From assembly GCA_902633655.1 (NCBI GenBank), contig CACPHA010000001.1, positions 1,263 to 65,262 of the forward strand: DNA of 64,000 bases, read 5' to 3'. Of this stretch, positions 33,746 to 44,971 are shown piece after piece. The notes beneath the pieces are model-generated. The model was not told the origin of the DNA and did not search any database. It saw only the letters and a program-made list of their open reading frames with translations. The stretch comes from Paracoccaceae bacterium. Its GTDB lineage: Bacteria; Pseudomonadota; Alphaproteobacteria; Rhodobacterales; Rhodobacteraceae. Each line of letters opens with the position of its first letter. Within the stretch, counting starts at the first letter, position 1. The position numbers were made by a program, and so were the translations under genes.

Positions 33746-34057
33746 TCAATGTGTCCATACGACCTTTCGATCAGTTGCAAAATTTTCCCCATATCCGCGA
33801 GGCCTAATATTTATTTTTCGCACTTTAGATTCTAAGACTACTGCCTCAATTCCTTCATCCTTAGCATAGGACAAAGCAGCTTCTTTGGTTTCAAAACGCA
33901 GCTTTACCTGGCTTTGAGTATCATCACTGGAAGTCCAGCCCATCAAAGGGTCTACTTCGCGTGCAGAGCGCGGCGGATATTCTAGGATCCATTCCCGTGT
34001 TTTTGCGGTACCAGAGGACATGGCTGTTCGAGACGGGCGATAAATACGTGCACGCAT
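33746..34057 (-). CDS. ETC complex I subunit (NDUFS4-like)
   Basis: ARIYRP...[14 protein letters not shown]. Confidence 0.9.
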   Translation of the reverse strand: MRARIYRPSRTAMSSGTAKTREWILEYPPRSAREVDPLMGWTSSDDTQSQVKLRFETKEAALSYAKDEGIEAVVLESKVRKINIRPRGYGENFATDRKVVWTH

Positions 34058-34247
34058 TGTGAGAGCTCCTCATAATTTCTTATAGGCAGTGATTAAATCC
34101 ATGTAAACAGAAACCATTTCCAGAAAACTGCAACTTCTTATTGCGAAGATAATTTTAAGAAACTGCGATTTCGAAATGTACGGACCCTTTCATGCCGTTG
34201 AAACTTTTGTGGTGCCACCTATAATTAGTGTTCAGCAAGGATACAAC

Positions 34248-36425
34248 ATGCCTGATGAAATCTTTGGACATACCACTGAAGAAGTAAGACAACGTACGAA
34301 ACTTGAGGGCGGTGTAAGTTTCAAAATGCATACAGAATTTGTACCCGCCGGTGACCAACCTCCTGCAATAGAAGAGCTTACCGCAGGTATAAATGACGGG
34401 GAGCGTGATCAGGTACTATTGGGTGCTACAGGTACTGGAAAAACCTTTACGATGGCCAAAGTCATCGAAGAAACACAGCGGCCGGCAATTATTCTTGCTC
34501 CAAACAAAACACTCGCAGCGCAGCTTTTTGGAGAGTTTAAGGGCTTTTTCCCCGAAAACTCAGTTGAATACTTTGTTAGTTTTTATGACTACTATCAACC
34601 CGAGGCTTATGTGCCGCGCTCAGACACGTACATTGAGAAAGAAAGCCAGATTAATGAACAAATCGATCGCATGCGACATTCGGCGACGCGGGCACTTTTG
34701 GAACGCGATGATGTGATCATTGTGGCTTCTGTATCCTGTATTTACGGCATAGGCTCAGTCGAAACTTATGGAGCGATGACACAAGATCTAAAAGCCGGTA
34801 AGTCCTATAATCAGAGACAAGTTATGGCAGACCTTGTAGCACAACAATATCATCGTAATGATCACGCCTTTCAACGAGGGTCCTTTCGGGTTCGTGGTGA
34901 CAGTCTTGAGATTTTTCCAGCGCATTTAGAAGACCGCGCATGGAAATTATCTTTTTTCGGAGATGAACTTGAATCTATAAGCGAATTTGATCCTCTGACC
35001 GGCGAGAAAACTAACACATTCGAACAAATCAGAGTTTATGCCAACTCCCATTACGTCACTCCAAAACCGACTATGCAACAGGCAATAATAAACATTAAAA
35101 AAGAGCTCCGCCATAGGCTAGATCAGCTTATTGATGAAGGTAAACTCTTAGAGGCGCAACGACTGGAGCAACGCACCAATTTCGATATTGAAATGCTGGA
35201 AGCAACTGGTGTTTGTAATGGTATTGAAAACTACTCCCGTTATTTGACAGGTCGCGCACCCGGCGAGCCACCGCCAACACTCTTCGAATTCATCCCAGAC
35301 AATGCAATCGTTTTTGCCGATGAAAGCCATGTATCCATCCCACAGATTGGTGGTATGTACAGAGGAGACCATAGGCGCAAATTTACTCTAGCAGAGCATG
35401 GTTTCCGCCTTCCATCTTGTATGGATAACCGCCCACTGAAATTTGAAGAGTGGAACGCCATGCGCCCGCAATCAGTTTATGTCAGTGCAACTCCATCAAG
35501 ATGGGAGCTTGAACAGTCAGGAGGAGTATTTATCGAACAGGTGATCCGCCCAACTGGTCTACTTGATCCAAACGTTGAAATCAGGCCTGTCGACATGCAG
35601 GTAGATGATCTTTTGGACGAAGTGCGCAAAGTTTCCAAATTAGGGTTCCGAACCCTTGTGACAACGCTTACAAAGCGAATGGCCGAGGATTTGACTGAGT
35701 ATATGAACGAACAGGGCATCCGCGTGCGCTATATGCACTCAGATATTGATACGTTGGAACGGATCGAAATTTTGCGGGATTTGCGACTTGGAGCATTTGA
35801 TGTATTAATTGGGATTAACCTGCTGAGAGAAGGCCTCGACATTCCAGAATGTGGACTAGTCGCAATTCTTGATGCTGATAAAGAGGGCTTTCTACGCTCC
35901 GAAACGTCTCTTATTCAAACAATTGGACGGGCCGCTAGAAACGCAGACGGGCGCGTGATTATGTACGCAGATCGCATCACTGGTTCTATGCAACGGGCAT
36001 TGACCGAAACGGACCGGCGGCGCGCGAAACAAATCGCCTATAACTCAGAGCACGGTATCACGCCAGAAACTGTGAAAAAAAATGTCGAGGATATCCTGGC
36101 TGGCCTGTATCGAGGGGATACAGATCAATCTCGGGTTACAGCAAAAATTGATAAGCCGTTGGTCGGTGCTAATCTTCAATCTGTTTTGGATGGGCTCCGT
36201 ACAGACATGCGCAAAGCAGCTGAAAACCTTGAATTTGAAGAAGCCGCGCGGTTGCGTGATGAACTCAAGCGCCTGGAAGCAGTAGACTTGGCCGTGGCAG
36301 ATGACCCACTTGCACGGCAATCTGCGATTGAGGCTGTTAGCAACACATCGAATACTAAGGGTCGATCCACTGCTGGTCGTGGAGGTACTAGGGCCTATCG
36401 CGGTAAATCTCAAAAGAAATTTTAA
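34248..36425 (+). CDS. uvrB: Excinuclease ABC subunit UvrB
   Basis: [35 protein letters not shown]-terminal UVR domain; start at ATG 34248. Confidence 0.97.
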   Translation: MPDEIFGHTTEEVRQRTKLEGGVSFKMHTEFVPAGDQPPAIEELTAGINDGERDQVLLGATGTGKTFTMAKVIEETQRPAIILAPNKTLAAQLFGEFKGFFPENSVEYFVSFYDYYQPEAYVPRSDTYIEKESQINEQIDRMRHSATRALLERDDVIIVASVSCIYGIGSVETYGAMTQDLKAGKSYNQRQVMADLVAQQYHRNDHAFQRGSFRVRGDSLEIFPAHLEDRAWKLSFFGDELESISEFDPLTGEKTNTFEQIRVYANSHYVTPKPTMQQAIINIKKELRHRLDQLIDEGKLLEAQRLEQRTNFDIEMLEATGVCNGIENYSRYLTGRAPGEPPPTLFEFIPDNAIVFADESHVSIPQIGGMYRGDHRRKFTLAEHGFRLPSCMDNRPLKFEEWNAMRPQSVYVSATPSRWELEQSGGVFIEQVIRPTGLLDPNVEIRPVDMQVDDLLDEVRKVSKLGFRTLVTTLTKRMAEDLTEYMNEQGIRVRYMHSDIDTLERIEILRDLRLGAFDVLIGINLLREGLDIPECGLVAILDADKEGFLRSETSLIQTIGRAARNADGRVIMYADRITGSMQRALTETDRRRAKQIAYNSEHGITPETVKKNVEDILAGLYRGDTDQSRVTAKIDKPLVGANLQSVLDGLRTDMRKAAENLEFEEAARLRDELKRLEAVDLAVADDPLARQSAIEAVSNTSNTKGRSTAGRGGTRAYRGKSQKKF

Positions 36426-36552
36426 TTTTTTCTATTTTCTCATTTTGTTACTGAGGTTTACGAAAACGAACAGGTTGTCTTTGAGAAAAATCTCGGTGAA
36501 GTCATTAGCTCTGGATATAAATAGCTGGTACTTTCGTATATGGTTCACCCGA

Positions 36553-37632
36553 TCACAGTTGATAGCCAGGTGTGCTCTTCGACAGAGCAATTTCGTCTTC
36601 AGACATTTCCTCCTCTATACCATCAAACAAAGGCGTTGATAAATACCTTTCACCTGTGTCGGCAAGCATGCAGAGTATATTGGAAGCTTCTGGGGCTGAT
36701 TTAGCCACTTCCATAGCAACGGCGAGGCTTGCACCACCGGAAATACCTGTAAAAATCCCCTCTTTGCTTGCCAACTGTTTAGCCATAATCATGCCCTCAG
36801 AACCCGATACTTTCAGAAGATTATCGTAAAATCCACCATCAATGGCTTCTTGTAGTACAAGCGGAATGAAATCTGGCGTCCAGCCCTGGATAGGATGCGG
36901 CTCCCAATGGGGATGACTGGCTACTGGCTCACCATCTTCATTACGATCCTGAGCATGGTTAGAAGTCAGAAGAGCCGCATTGGCAGGCTCACTTAGAATA
37001 ATCTTTGTCTCAGGACTTTTTTGGCGCATGACTCGAGCCACACCCGCAATCGTACCACCCGTTCCATAACCCGTGACAAAATAATCCAATTTGATGTCTG
37101 AAAAATCAGCCAAAATTTCCTGGGCCGTTGTTGCGGCATGAATATCGGCGTTCGCACTCGTCTCAAACTGACGTGCCAGAAACCAACTATTCGCTTTCGC
37201 CAACTCTTTAGCCTTTTGATACATGCCAAAGCCCTTTTGAGACCTTGGTGTCAAAACAACCTTTGCACCCAAGAACCTCATGAGCTTGCGTCGTTCAATT
37301 GAGAAACTGTCAGCCATAGTAACAACAAGCGGATAACCCTTAGCCGCACAAACCATAGCCAAACCGATGCCGGTATTTCCACTTGTAGCCTCTACTACAG
37401 TTTGACCTGGACGAAGCGCACCTGAACGTTCCGCTGCCTCAATGATGTTAAGCGCAAGCCGATCTTTAACGGAAGCTGCCGGGTTAAACGCTTCGACTTT
37501 AACATACATATTTACATGTTCGGGCGATATGCGGTTGAGCTTTACAATAGGCGTATTTCCAACAGTTTTGGTGATTGAGTCGTATAGCACACCTCGACCT
37601 GAGGTAGTGAAAATTTCATTAGAAAACGGCAT
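36553..37632 (-). CDS. cysK: Cysteine synthase (PLP-dependent)
   Basis: NPAASVKDR, EATSGNTG, GYGTGGT, HPIQG, DTGERYLST. Confidence 0.88.
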   Translation of the reverse strand: MPFSNEIFTTSGRGVLYDSITKTVGNTPIVKLNRISPEHVNMYVKVEAFNPAASVKDRLALNIIEAAERSGALRPGQTVVEATSGNTGIGLAMVCAAKGYPLVVTMADSFSIERRKLMRFLGAKVVLTPRSQKGFGMYQKAKELAKANSWFLARQFETSANADIHAATTAQEILADFSDIKLDYFVTGYGTGGTIAGVARVMRQKSPETKIILSEPANAALLTSNHAQDRNEDGEPVASHPHWEPHPIQGWTPDFIPLVLQEAIDGGFYDNLLKVSGSEGMIMAKQLASKEGIFTGISGGASLAVAMEVAKSAPEASNILCMLADTGERYLSTPLFDGIEEEMSEDEIALSKSTPGYQL

Positions 37633-37735
37633 AGAATGTTCCTTTATTTTAAACAAAAATCACAAAGCATGTCCTGGGGACCAGGCTAGGAATTCAATCG
37701 CCAATGTCTAGAGGTAATTTTTCTCAAAAAACCAC

Positions 37736-39355
37736 CTAGCCCGAACTCCTACCCACGTTCAGATTTGTCAACCAGTCCGGATCCATCTCTGGCACAGATG
37801 ACAGCAAGAGTTCGGTATACTCTGGATGCGGGGGCTTAAAGACATCGGTCTTCTGACCCTGCTCCACAACTTCACCTTTGTTCATTACAACCACTTGATC
37901 GGAGATTGCCTTAACAGTTGAAATATCATGGGTGATGAAGAGATAGGTCAGACCAAGCTCTTTCTGTAGGCGCATCAAAAGCTTAAGTATGCCTTCCTGC
38001 ACGATCTGATCAAGGGCGGATGTCACCTCGTCACAAATAATAAAATCCGGCTCAGCTGCTAAAGCGCGCGCGATACAAATCCTCTGTTTTTGCCCTCCTG
38101 AAAGTTCACTTGGCAAACGCTGCATGAATTCTTCATCCAATTCAATCATTTCTAGCAGCTCAATGGTGCGCGCCGTTTTTTTACTCCCTCGCATCCCAAG
38201 GTAAAACTCAAGCGGACGGCCAATGATCTCACTCACTGTTTGACGAGGATTCATCGCAGTATCCGCCATTTGATAAATCATCTGTATACGACGTTTTTCT
38301 TCTTTGGATCGATCACAAAGTTCTTTCGGCAAAGCCTTACCGTCAAACTCGACAGTCCCTGCAGTTTGTGGCAGAAGACCCGTGATTACCCGCGCAGCCG
38401 TGGATTTACCAGAGCCTGACTCTCCAACAACAGCTACCGTAGTTCCTTTGGCAACTTCGATATTGACGTTATACAATACTTTGGCTTTTCCGTAGCTAGC
38501 ATTAATGCCATTTAACGACAGGATGCTATCACCGCCTTGATGCTCTTTCTTCTTCAGAGATCGTACAGACCAAAGCGATTTGGTATACGCTTCTTTAGGA
38601 TCCGAGAGCATCTGACGTGTTGGTGCTTCTTCAACTTCTTTTCCATATCGAAGTACTTTGATAAAATCCGCCATCTGTGCCACTACAGCCAGATCATGGG
38701 TGATGTAGATTGCTGCCGTATTAAAGTTTTCAACAATCCGGCGCATGGCAGAAAGCACTTCAACCTGCGTTGTCACATCAAGTGCAGTTGTGGGTTCATC
38801 AAATACAATAAGATCAGGACGCGGTGATATCGCCATTGCTGTCATAACGCGTTGGAGCTGACCACCTGAGACCTGATGCGGATAGCGTTCCCCAATATTG
38901 TGGGGGTTTGGAAGATTAAGCGCCTCGTAAAGCTCACGCGCATCACCATAGGCCTCTTCTTTGGAGAAATTACCAGAACGCAGGGTTGCTGCGGTTGTTT
39001 GAGCTATAAGCCGATGCGCTGGATTAAAAGAAGCTGCTGCTGATTGCGCTACATATGTCATGCGGTTGCCCCAATAGCTACGCATTTTAGCATCAGATAA
39101 CTTCACGAGGTTCACACCATCAAAATTCACCTCACCAACTTTAATCCGGCACCCTGGCTGAGTATAACCCATTGCGGCAAGTCCCAGCGTTGACTTTCCT
39201 GCACCCGACTCACCAATCAAACCCATTATTTCACCACGGCGGAGTGTTACATCCACGCCCTTGACAATGTCATGCCATTTCTCATCAGAGAACCCTTCAA
39301 CCTCAAGACCTTTTATGTCTAAAAGAACTTCTCCTTTTTCCGATTTAATGCTCAT
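37736..39355 (-). CDS. Peptide/opine-type ABC transporter, fused double ATPase
   Basis: Two Walker A motifs (GESGAGKS, GESGSGKS) and two signature motifs (VSGGQ, LSGGQ). Confidence 0.92.
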   Translation of the reverse strand: MSIKSEKGEVLLDIKGLEVEGFSDEKWHDIVKGVDVTLRRGEIMGLIGESGAGKSTLGLAAMGYTQPGCRIKVGEVNFDGVNLVKLSDAKMRSYWGNRMTYVAQSAAASFNPAHRLIAQTTAATLRSGNFSKEEAYGDARELYEALNLPNPHNIGERYPHQVSGGQLQRVMTAMAISPRPDLIVFDEPTTALDVTTQVEVLSAMRRIVENFNTAAIYITHDLAVVAQMADFIKVLRYGKEVEEAPTRQMLSDPKEAYTKSLWSVRSLKKKEHQGGDSILSLNGINASYGKAKVLYNVNIEVAKGTTVAVVGESGSGKSTAARVITGLLPQTAGTVEFDGKALPKELCDRSKEEKRRIQMIYQMADTAMNPRQTVSEIIGRPLEFYLGMRGSKKTARTIELLEMIELDEEFMQRLPSELSGGQKQRICIARALAAEPDFIICDEVTSALDQIVQEGILKLLMRLQKELGLTYLFITHDISTVKAISDQVVVMNKGEVVEQGQKTDVFKPPHPEYTELLLSSVPEMDPDWLTNLNVGRSSG

Positions 39356-40265
39356 CACGCAACCCACTTGTTTTGTGCAAGAACCAGTCCACGACGAAAT
39401 TCACCGCTACCGTCAATAGGGCAATCGCAGTTGCTGGCAGTAGAGGTCTCAAAACAACATTTGGATCGAATTGAGCATATATCATCATTTTTGCGTTTTC
39501 CCGAACCATAGACCCCCAGTCTGCGCTAGGTGGCTGGATACCAACCCCGAGAAAAGACAATGCGGCAATCGATAAAAAAACAAAACAGAAACGCAAACCA
39601 AATTCAGCTATGAGCGGGGGCATGATATTTGGCAATATTTCTTTGCGCATGATCCAACCAAGCCCTTCACCCCTTAAGCGCGCCGCCTCTACGTAATCCA
39701 TTACGACAACGTTGATCGCAACCGCGCGGGTCAGACGGAAGACACGGGTCGAGTCCAGTACTGCGATGATTATAATTAGATTTAGTATCGTTGAGCCAAA
39801 AATGGAAAGAAGAACCAAAGCAAAGATAAGGCTTGGAATAGCCATCAAAACATCAACCATTCGGCTCAGAGCCTGATCAAAATAAGAACGGTCAATAGCT
39901 GCAGCGAGGCCCAAAGCACCTCCTATGAGAAATGCCAATAGTGTTGTGGCAACGGCGATACCTACTGTATTGCGTGCACCGTAAATCATCCTAGAAAAAG
40001 TATCACGGCCAATTTGATCAGTTCCAAAAATAAATTCAGAACTCCATGGTGCATAAGGGGTAGGGAAAACCTCTGCCTGGCCATACGGTGCAATCAGAGG
40101 CGCAAATAGTGCAACGAAAGCGTAGAAAAAAATAATCAACATGCCAATGCGGGCTGTCCAGGGGGATTTTTTAAGATCAATTTTTAGGCGTGTCCAAAAC
40201 GTCCGCTTTTCACGAACGGAGCCAACCTCGCCGGTAGCGGAATATGTGTCAGAACCTTGTGTCAT
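39345..40265 (-). CDS. Peptide-type ABC transporter permease (DppC-like)
   Basis: GTDQIGRD, YVEAARLRGE, LSFLGVG...DWG. Confidence 0.92.
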   Translation of the reverse strand: MTQGSDTYSATGEVGSVREKRTFWTRLKIDLKKSPWTARIGMLIIFFYAFVALFAPLIAPYGQAEVFPTPYAPWSSEFIFGTDQIGRDTFSRMIYGARNTVGIAVATTLLAFLIGGALGLAAAIDRSYFDQALSRMVDVLMAIPSLIFALVLLSIFGSTILNLIIIIAVLDSTRVFRLTRAVAINVVVMDYVEAARLRGEGLGWIMRKEILPNIMPPLIAEFGLRFCFVFLSIAALSFLGVGIQPPSADWGSMVRENAKMMIYAQFDPNVVLRPLLPATAIALLTVAVNFVVDWFLHKTSGLRDEH

Positions 40266-41242
40266 TTCGGATGCAGAAGCCTTGGGTTCGTTATAATGCC
40301 TATGATATCAGCAATGAGATTAAGTAGAATATATGTCATAGCAAAAATTAATGCGCAGCCTTGCACAACAGGAATATCGCGGCTGGTAACTGCATCTACC
40401 ATAAGTTGCCCAACTCCTGGATATACAAATACGACTTCAACGACCACGACACCCACCACAAGGTATGCCAGGTTAAAAGCAATAACTGTGGCAATAGGTG
40501 CCCAAGCATTTGGAAGGGCGTGTTTGACAATCACCTCGGTCTGCGAAGCACCCGAAAGCCGTGCCATTTGAATGTAGGGGCTTGCGAGGAGATTAATGAT
40601 TGCAGCACGCGTCATGCGCATCATGTGTGCTACAATTACCAAAGTAAGTGTAAGCGCGGGTAGAGCAGTTCTAAAAATTCGCTCACCTACAGGGGTAGAA
40701 TCATCAACGTTGGCAAGTGATGGAAAGACTGGATAAAGTGACGCTAAAAGTAGAATGAGGATATAAGCCACAAAAAACTCTGGAAAGGAAATAGTCGTTA
40801 ATGTGGCTGTATTCACCGACCTGTCATAAAAAGAATTTCTATAAAGCGCGGTTGTGATACCCAGTGCCAATGAAATCGGAACAGCAATGACTGCCGTCAT
40901 CCCAGCAAGAAACAAGGTATTCCATAGACGAGGTGCGATCAGATCCACAACAGCCCTGGAGCGATCGATGCCTGAGGCATTACGACCAGAAAAAGAGGTC
41001 CCTAAATCACCTTGTATGGCTCCACCAACCCACTGCAAATAACGGAGATAGGGGGGCTGATCCAAGCCTAGCTCTCGGCGAAATGCAGCGACCGTCTCTT
41101 CGGTTGCCGCCTGACCTAAGATGGCCTGCCCAAAGTCGCCAGGCAGCATTTCTATAGCAGAAAAAATAATGATGGAGACAACAAACAAGGTCGCAAGCCC
41201 CAATCCCAATCTCTGAAGGACTGTTTTTGTTACTGGGTGCAC
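40262..41242 (-). CDS. Peptide-type ABC transporter permease (DppB-like)
   Basis: LGLDQP, GDLGTS, YIQMARLSG, HALPN, VEVVFVYPGVG. Confidence 0.92.
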   Translation of the reverse strand: MHPVTKTVLQRLGLGLATLFVVSIIIFSAIEMLPGDFGQAILGQAATEETVAAFRRELGLDQPPYLRYLQWVGGAIQGDLGTSFSGRNASGIDRSRAVVDLIAPRLWNTLFLAGMTAVIAVPISLALGITTALYRNSFYDRSVNTATLTTISFPEFFVAYILILLLASLYPVFPSLANVDDSTPVGERIFRTALPALTLTLVIVAHMMRMTRAAIINLLASPYIQMARLSGASQTEVIVKHALPNAWAPIATVIAFNLAYLVVGVVVVEVVFVYPGVGQLMVDAVTSRDIPVVQGCALIFAMTYILLNLIADIIGIITNPRLLHPK

Positions 41243-41556
41243 GTCAAGTCACCGTATTCTTCTTAATAATAAGCTTCACCACTGATGTTTGCCTGAATAC
41301 AAGAAACAAATATGTCTTTTTAGCCCGGCGCGCGAGGACCATTTCCGAGCCATGGTTGTCTCCCTATTTTCCATTTTTCTTTTTTATACGCTACGTAAGG
41401 CGGCCGCTATAGAAAGATCAAGTAAAAACCATACCAACGGAGGCTTAAACATGAATAATTAGTTAATCGGTTACGTAAGCCAAGTTACTTAAATCTGAGC
41501 CTAATGACTTTTGCCTTGAATGTGAATAAAGTCCATCGTAAATACGCCCCACCTGC

Positions 41557-41631
41557 TGGGATGTAGCCAAGTGGTAAGGCAACTGTTTTTGGTACAGTGT
41601 ACCGTAGGTTCGAATCCTACCATCCCAGCCA
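41557..41631 (+). tRNA. tRNA-Gln (anticodon TTG)
   Basis: TGGGATG...CATCCCA acceptor stem, anticodon arm ACTGT-TTTTGGT-ACAGT, GTTCGAATC T-loop, encoded CCA. Confidence 0.96.
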
Positions 41632-41664
41632 GGTTGATTTTACTCTAAAATGCTTTTTAATGTG

Positions 41665-42799
41665 CTAAAGCAACCTCTCCAGAGTATTTATAAGTTGATC
41701 AAAATCCTGATCATCATTCCAAAGATGCGGTGTAATGCGAAGCGACCCATTTCGTACAGACAGAAAGACGTTATCTTTTGCTAAAGCGATTAAAAGATCG
41801 TCTCTTGTTTTCTCTGGAATTTGGGCTCCTATAAAATGCGCGCCACGATTTGCAGCTTTGGTCGTTTTTAATCCGAGCGCATCCAACCTCTCACATAGTA
41901 TTGCGTTACGCGATCCTAATGTCTGCTCAATGTTTTCCACCCCCCCAATCAAGCAACTGTTCCAATGCTCGATTAACACCAGGGTTCAGCGCAAAATTTG
42001 CGCGTTCTCCCATATCATAGCGTACAGCACCCAGTTCAAACGTTTCTGGGTTTTCAGTTAGACTTGAAAAATTTCTCCCACCTTTGCGCGTTACCCAACC
42101 TTCTTCCAATGGCCGACCATCCAAATGTTCATCACCCACATAAAGAAATCCCGTTGTATAAGGACACAACATCCATTTGTAATTTGCAACAGCCGCAAAA
42201 TCGGGGCGAATTTTTTGAAAATCGGTAACAAGCGCACCAGCTGACTGTGTTAGGTCCAAAACAAGTGCAGCCCTTACCTCATCGCAATGCCTGCGAATTT
42301 GGATCAGGTCCACATAGGCTCCACTCGTCCATAAAACATTTGGAACAGCAACAATTGCTGTACGGTCATCTATAGATGCAATAAGAACTTCGGTTGCAGC
42401 TTGTCCTTCTGGCACCTCAATTTCATGGAACACACCACCCGTCTCGCGCGCCTTCCGCTTCCAGGGATACGTGTGAGAGGGAAACTGATGGCGCAACGCA
42501 ATAATGCGCTCTCCTGCTTTCAACGATAAATTGTTGGCGGCGGTAGTCAAACCATAGGATGCTGAAGGAGTGATAGAAATATTTTCTGCCGGAACGTTCA
42601 TCATGCGGCCAAAAAGTCTTTTGGACTTATGAACATCCTCAAAAAAATGATCAATGGTTAGGGTCCATGGTCTCGCTTTAAGCCGCACTCCTTCCTCAAC
42701 TGCCTCAACGACAGAATTCATCAAAGGCGACATGTATGCCGTGTTTAAGTAGGCTATACCTTCAGGTAAATCGAAAAGGTGTTTCTGAGATTTTAGCAT
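41665..42799 (-). pseudogene. Class V aminotransferase/cysteine desulfurase-like PLP enzyme split by a +1 frameshift in a G7 run
   Basis: ORF 41927-42799 (YLNTAYMSP, DLTQSAG, NYKWML) is continued in another frame by ORF 41665-41979 (SVRNGSLRITPHLWN); junction at C7 41940-41946. Confidence 0.8.
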
Positions 42800-42921
42800 G
42801 GGTGGTAAAGATAATCCAAAATGTTAAGACCATAGTAAATTGACTGGTTAAAGGAATCTAAAAATTTTTTCTATATTAACCACTTGAAGTGCATAAAGAA
42901 ATATTTTTAGGGCACCAAAAC

Positions 42922-44607
42922 TCAAACACCCAAATTGGTTACGTTTGGAGCTTCAAAATCAAATGTCATTTTTGGGCCCTGAGTTGTTTTTTGATCAAGC
43001 AGGAAGCCCTTATAACCGTCTCGTACAATTGAGTTGCAGATCTTGCGGTATGTGACCAGACCTCCGGCATAAGGTGTGAAGACGCGGGGTTTTCCTGGAA
43101 TATTTGCTCCTAAATACCAACTATGCTTCACCTTCGCTAGTAAAGTCGCCTCAGCCGTAGAACGTACATGTTCTGTCCAGTTTTGGGCGGCATGTTCCTC
43201 CGCCTCAATGCGCATATAACCACCTGAAACACAGTACTTGATGCAATCGGTAATCCAATCCACATGCTGTTCAATCGATACCGGCATATTTGACAGCACA
43301 GAGGGACTACCAGGTCCAGTTATTGTGAACAGATTCGGAAACCCGGGAATGGCTAGGCCAAGATAATTCCTCGGACCTTCGGCCCAATACTCCTTTAACG
43401 ATAAGCATGACCCCTCAATATCCAACGACAGTAAAGGACCGGTCATTGCGTCAAATCCCGTTGCAAAAATTATAACATCCAGATCGCGTACATCTCCGCT
43501 TTTCAAGCTGATACCACCAGGAATAATCTCTTTGATGGGATCTGCTTTTAAATTTACGAGTGAAACATTTTCTCTATTAAAGGTTTCAAAATAATTTGTG
43601 TCTATCGGAGGCCTTTTAGCTGCATAGGGATGATCTATATCCGATAGAATTTCGGCTTTATCCGGATCCGTTACTTTCTGACGAATTTTTGATTTTATGA
43701 AGTTTGCAGCTGCTTCATTAGATTTTTCGGACGTCAGAAGATCACTAAAAACACCACGAAATCGCAAACCGCCTTTAGCCCAAGCTGCTTCGAACATATC
43801 GTTACGTTCCTCCTCAGAGACCTCCATAGCTAAATTTCCCGATATTCTAAAAGGGTGCCCATTAGGGGTGGAACGGACTAAAGCTTTTAACTCTTCATAA
43901 TGATTCCGGACCCAGTCTGCATATGTATTGTCCCAAACAGTATTACGTGCCGGGATGGAGTAATTAGCTGTTCTTTGAAAAACGGTAAGATGTTTGCAGG
44001 TCTTAGCTATTTCTGAAGCAACTTGAATCCCGGTTGACCCGGTCCCGATTTGCCCAACTCTTACCCCTGAAAAGTCAACACCTTCCTTTGGCCATTTGCC
44101 GGTATGATAGCAATCACCTTTAAATGAAGCCAATCCTGGAATTTCGGGTACATTTGCTGCAGAAAGGCAGCCTACAGCACTTATTAGCCACTTGGCATAA
44201 AAAACCCTTCCATCTTCGATCCGCACCTGCCAAATTTTATCATCGTCAAAAAAGCGGCAGGCGCTAACCTTAGTATCGAACATTATATCTTTTTTCAGGT
44301 TAAGGGAATCGGCAACATAATTTAAGTATTTTCTTATTTCAGTATGGGCTGGATATCTCTCGGTCCACTGCCATTTTTCATGAAGTTCGCGTGAAAAAAA
44401 ATAGGCATATCCTTGGCTTTCACTGTCACATCTTGCACCTGGGTATCTGTTCCAAAACCAAGTTCCCCCAACACCGCTACCTTTTTCGATCACTAAAGTG
44501 CTCAAACCAAGATCATCGCGTAATCGATGCAACTGATAGAGTCCTGAAAACCCTGCACCAATTACTAGCGCGTCAAAAAAAGTATCTGTTACATTCGTTT
44601 CCATCAT
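42922..44607 (-). CDS. Baeyer-Villiger monooxygenase (type I)
   Basis: GAGFSG, GGTWFWNRYPGARCDSE, fingerprint FKGDCYHTGKWP (FxGxxxHxxxW), GTGSTG, ATGF. Confidence 0.92.
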   Translation of the reverse strand: MMETNVTDTFFDALVIGAGFSGLYQLHRLRDDLGLSTLVIEKGSGVGGTWFWNRYPGARCDSESQGYAYFFSRELHEKWQWTERYPAHTEIRKYLNYVADSLNLKKDIMFDTKVSACRFFDDDKIWQVRIEDGRVFYAKWLISAVGCLSAANVPEIPGLASFKGDCYHTGKWPKEGVDFSGVRVGQIGTGSTGIQVASEIAKTCKHLTVFQRTANYSIPARNTVWDNTYADWVRNHYEELKALVRSTPNGHPFRISGNLAMEVSEEERNDMFEAAWAKGGLRFRGVFSDLLTSEKSNEAAANFIKSKIRQKVTDPDKAEILSDIDHPYAAKRPPIDTNYFETFNRENVSLVNLKADPIKEIIPGGISLKSGDVRDLDVIIFATGFDAMTGPLLSLDIEGSCLSLKEYWAEGPRNYLGLAIPGFPNLFTITGPGSPSVLSNMPVSIEQHVDWITDCIKYCVSGGYMRIEAEEHAAQNWTEHVRSTAEATLLAKVKHSWYLGANIPGKPRVFTPYAGGLVTYRKICNSIVRDGYKGFLLDQKTTQGPKMTFDFEAPNVTNLGV

Positions 44608-44971
44608 GAATTATAATGTAGGGCAAAATCAAATTTTACACGAATGTTATTTTCTTAAATTCTTAGTAAATTTTTGAAAATAAAAATAGCTTTACAAACA
44701 AATCTTCTAACGTCTGTGTTGCTGCATTTCGGTTGTCAATAAGGTAGCACCTTGATTTTTTCATGCATTATGCTGACAAATTAAAGATCTAGTTTTCAGA
44801 ACAAAAAGATTAGCACTTTGCCAGCACTCGCAAAAAAAATTTGCAAGTACAGTCAAGTGGTATGGTTTGTTCAAAAAAAGCCAGAAGATTCTCTTCTAGC
44901 CATGTCAGTGGCCTAACTAGAAGGGGATTTTGCAAACGCAGTGCACCATTTAGGTGACTTGGTATATTTGA

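Noticed and set aside
34060..34247. Alphaproteobacterial LexA box (GTTC-N7-GTTC) upstream of uvrB
   Set aside because: Only one GTTC half-site seen; no correctly spaced pair.
44808..44930. CIRCE-like TTAGCACT and a CTCTTCTAG…CTAGAAGGG hairpin in the BVMO-pepT spacer
   Set aside because: The second CIRCE arm (GAGTGCTAA) is absent; the hairpin may just be a pepT 3' structure, with too little support for an sRNA call.
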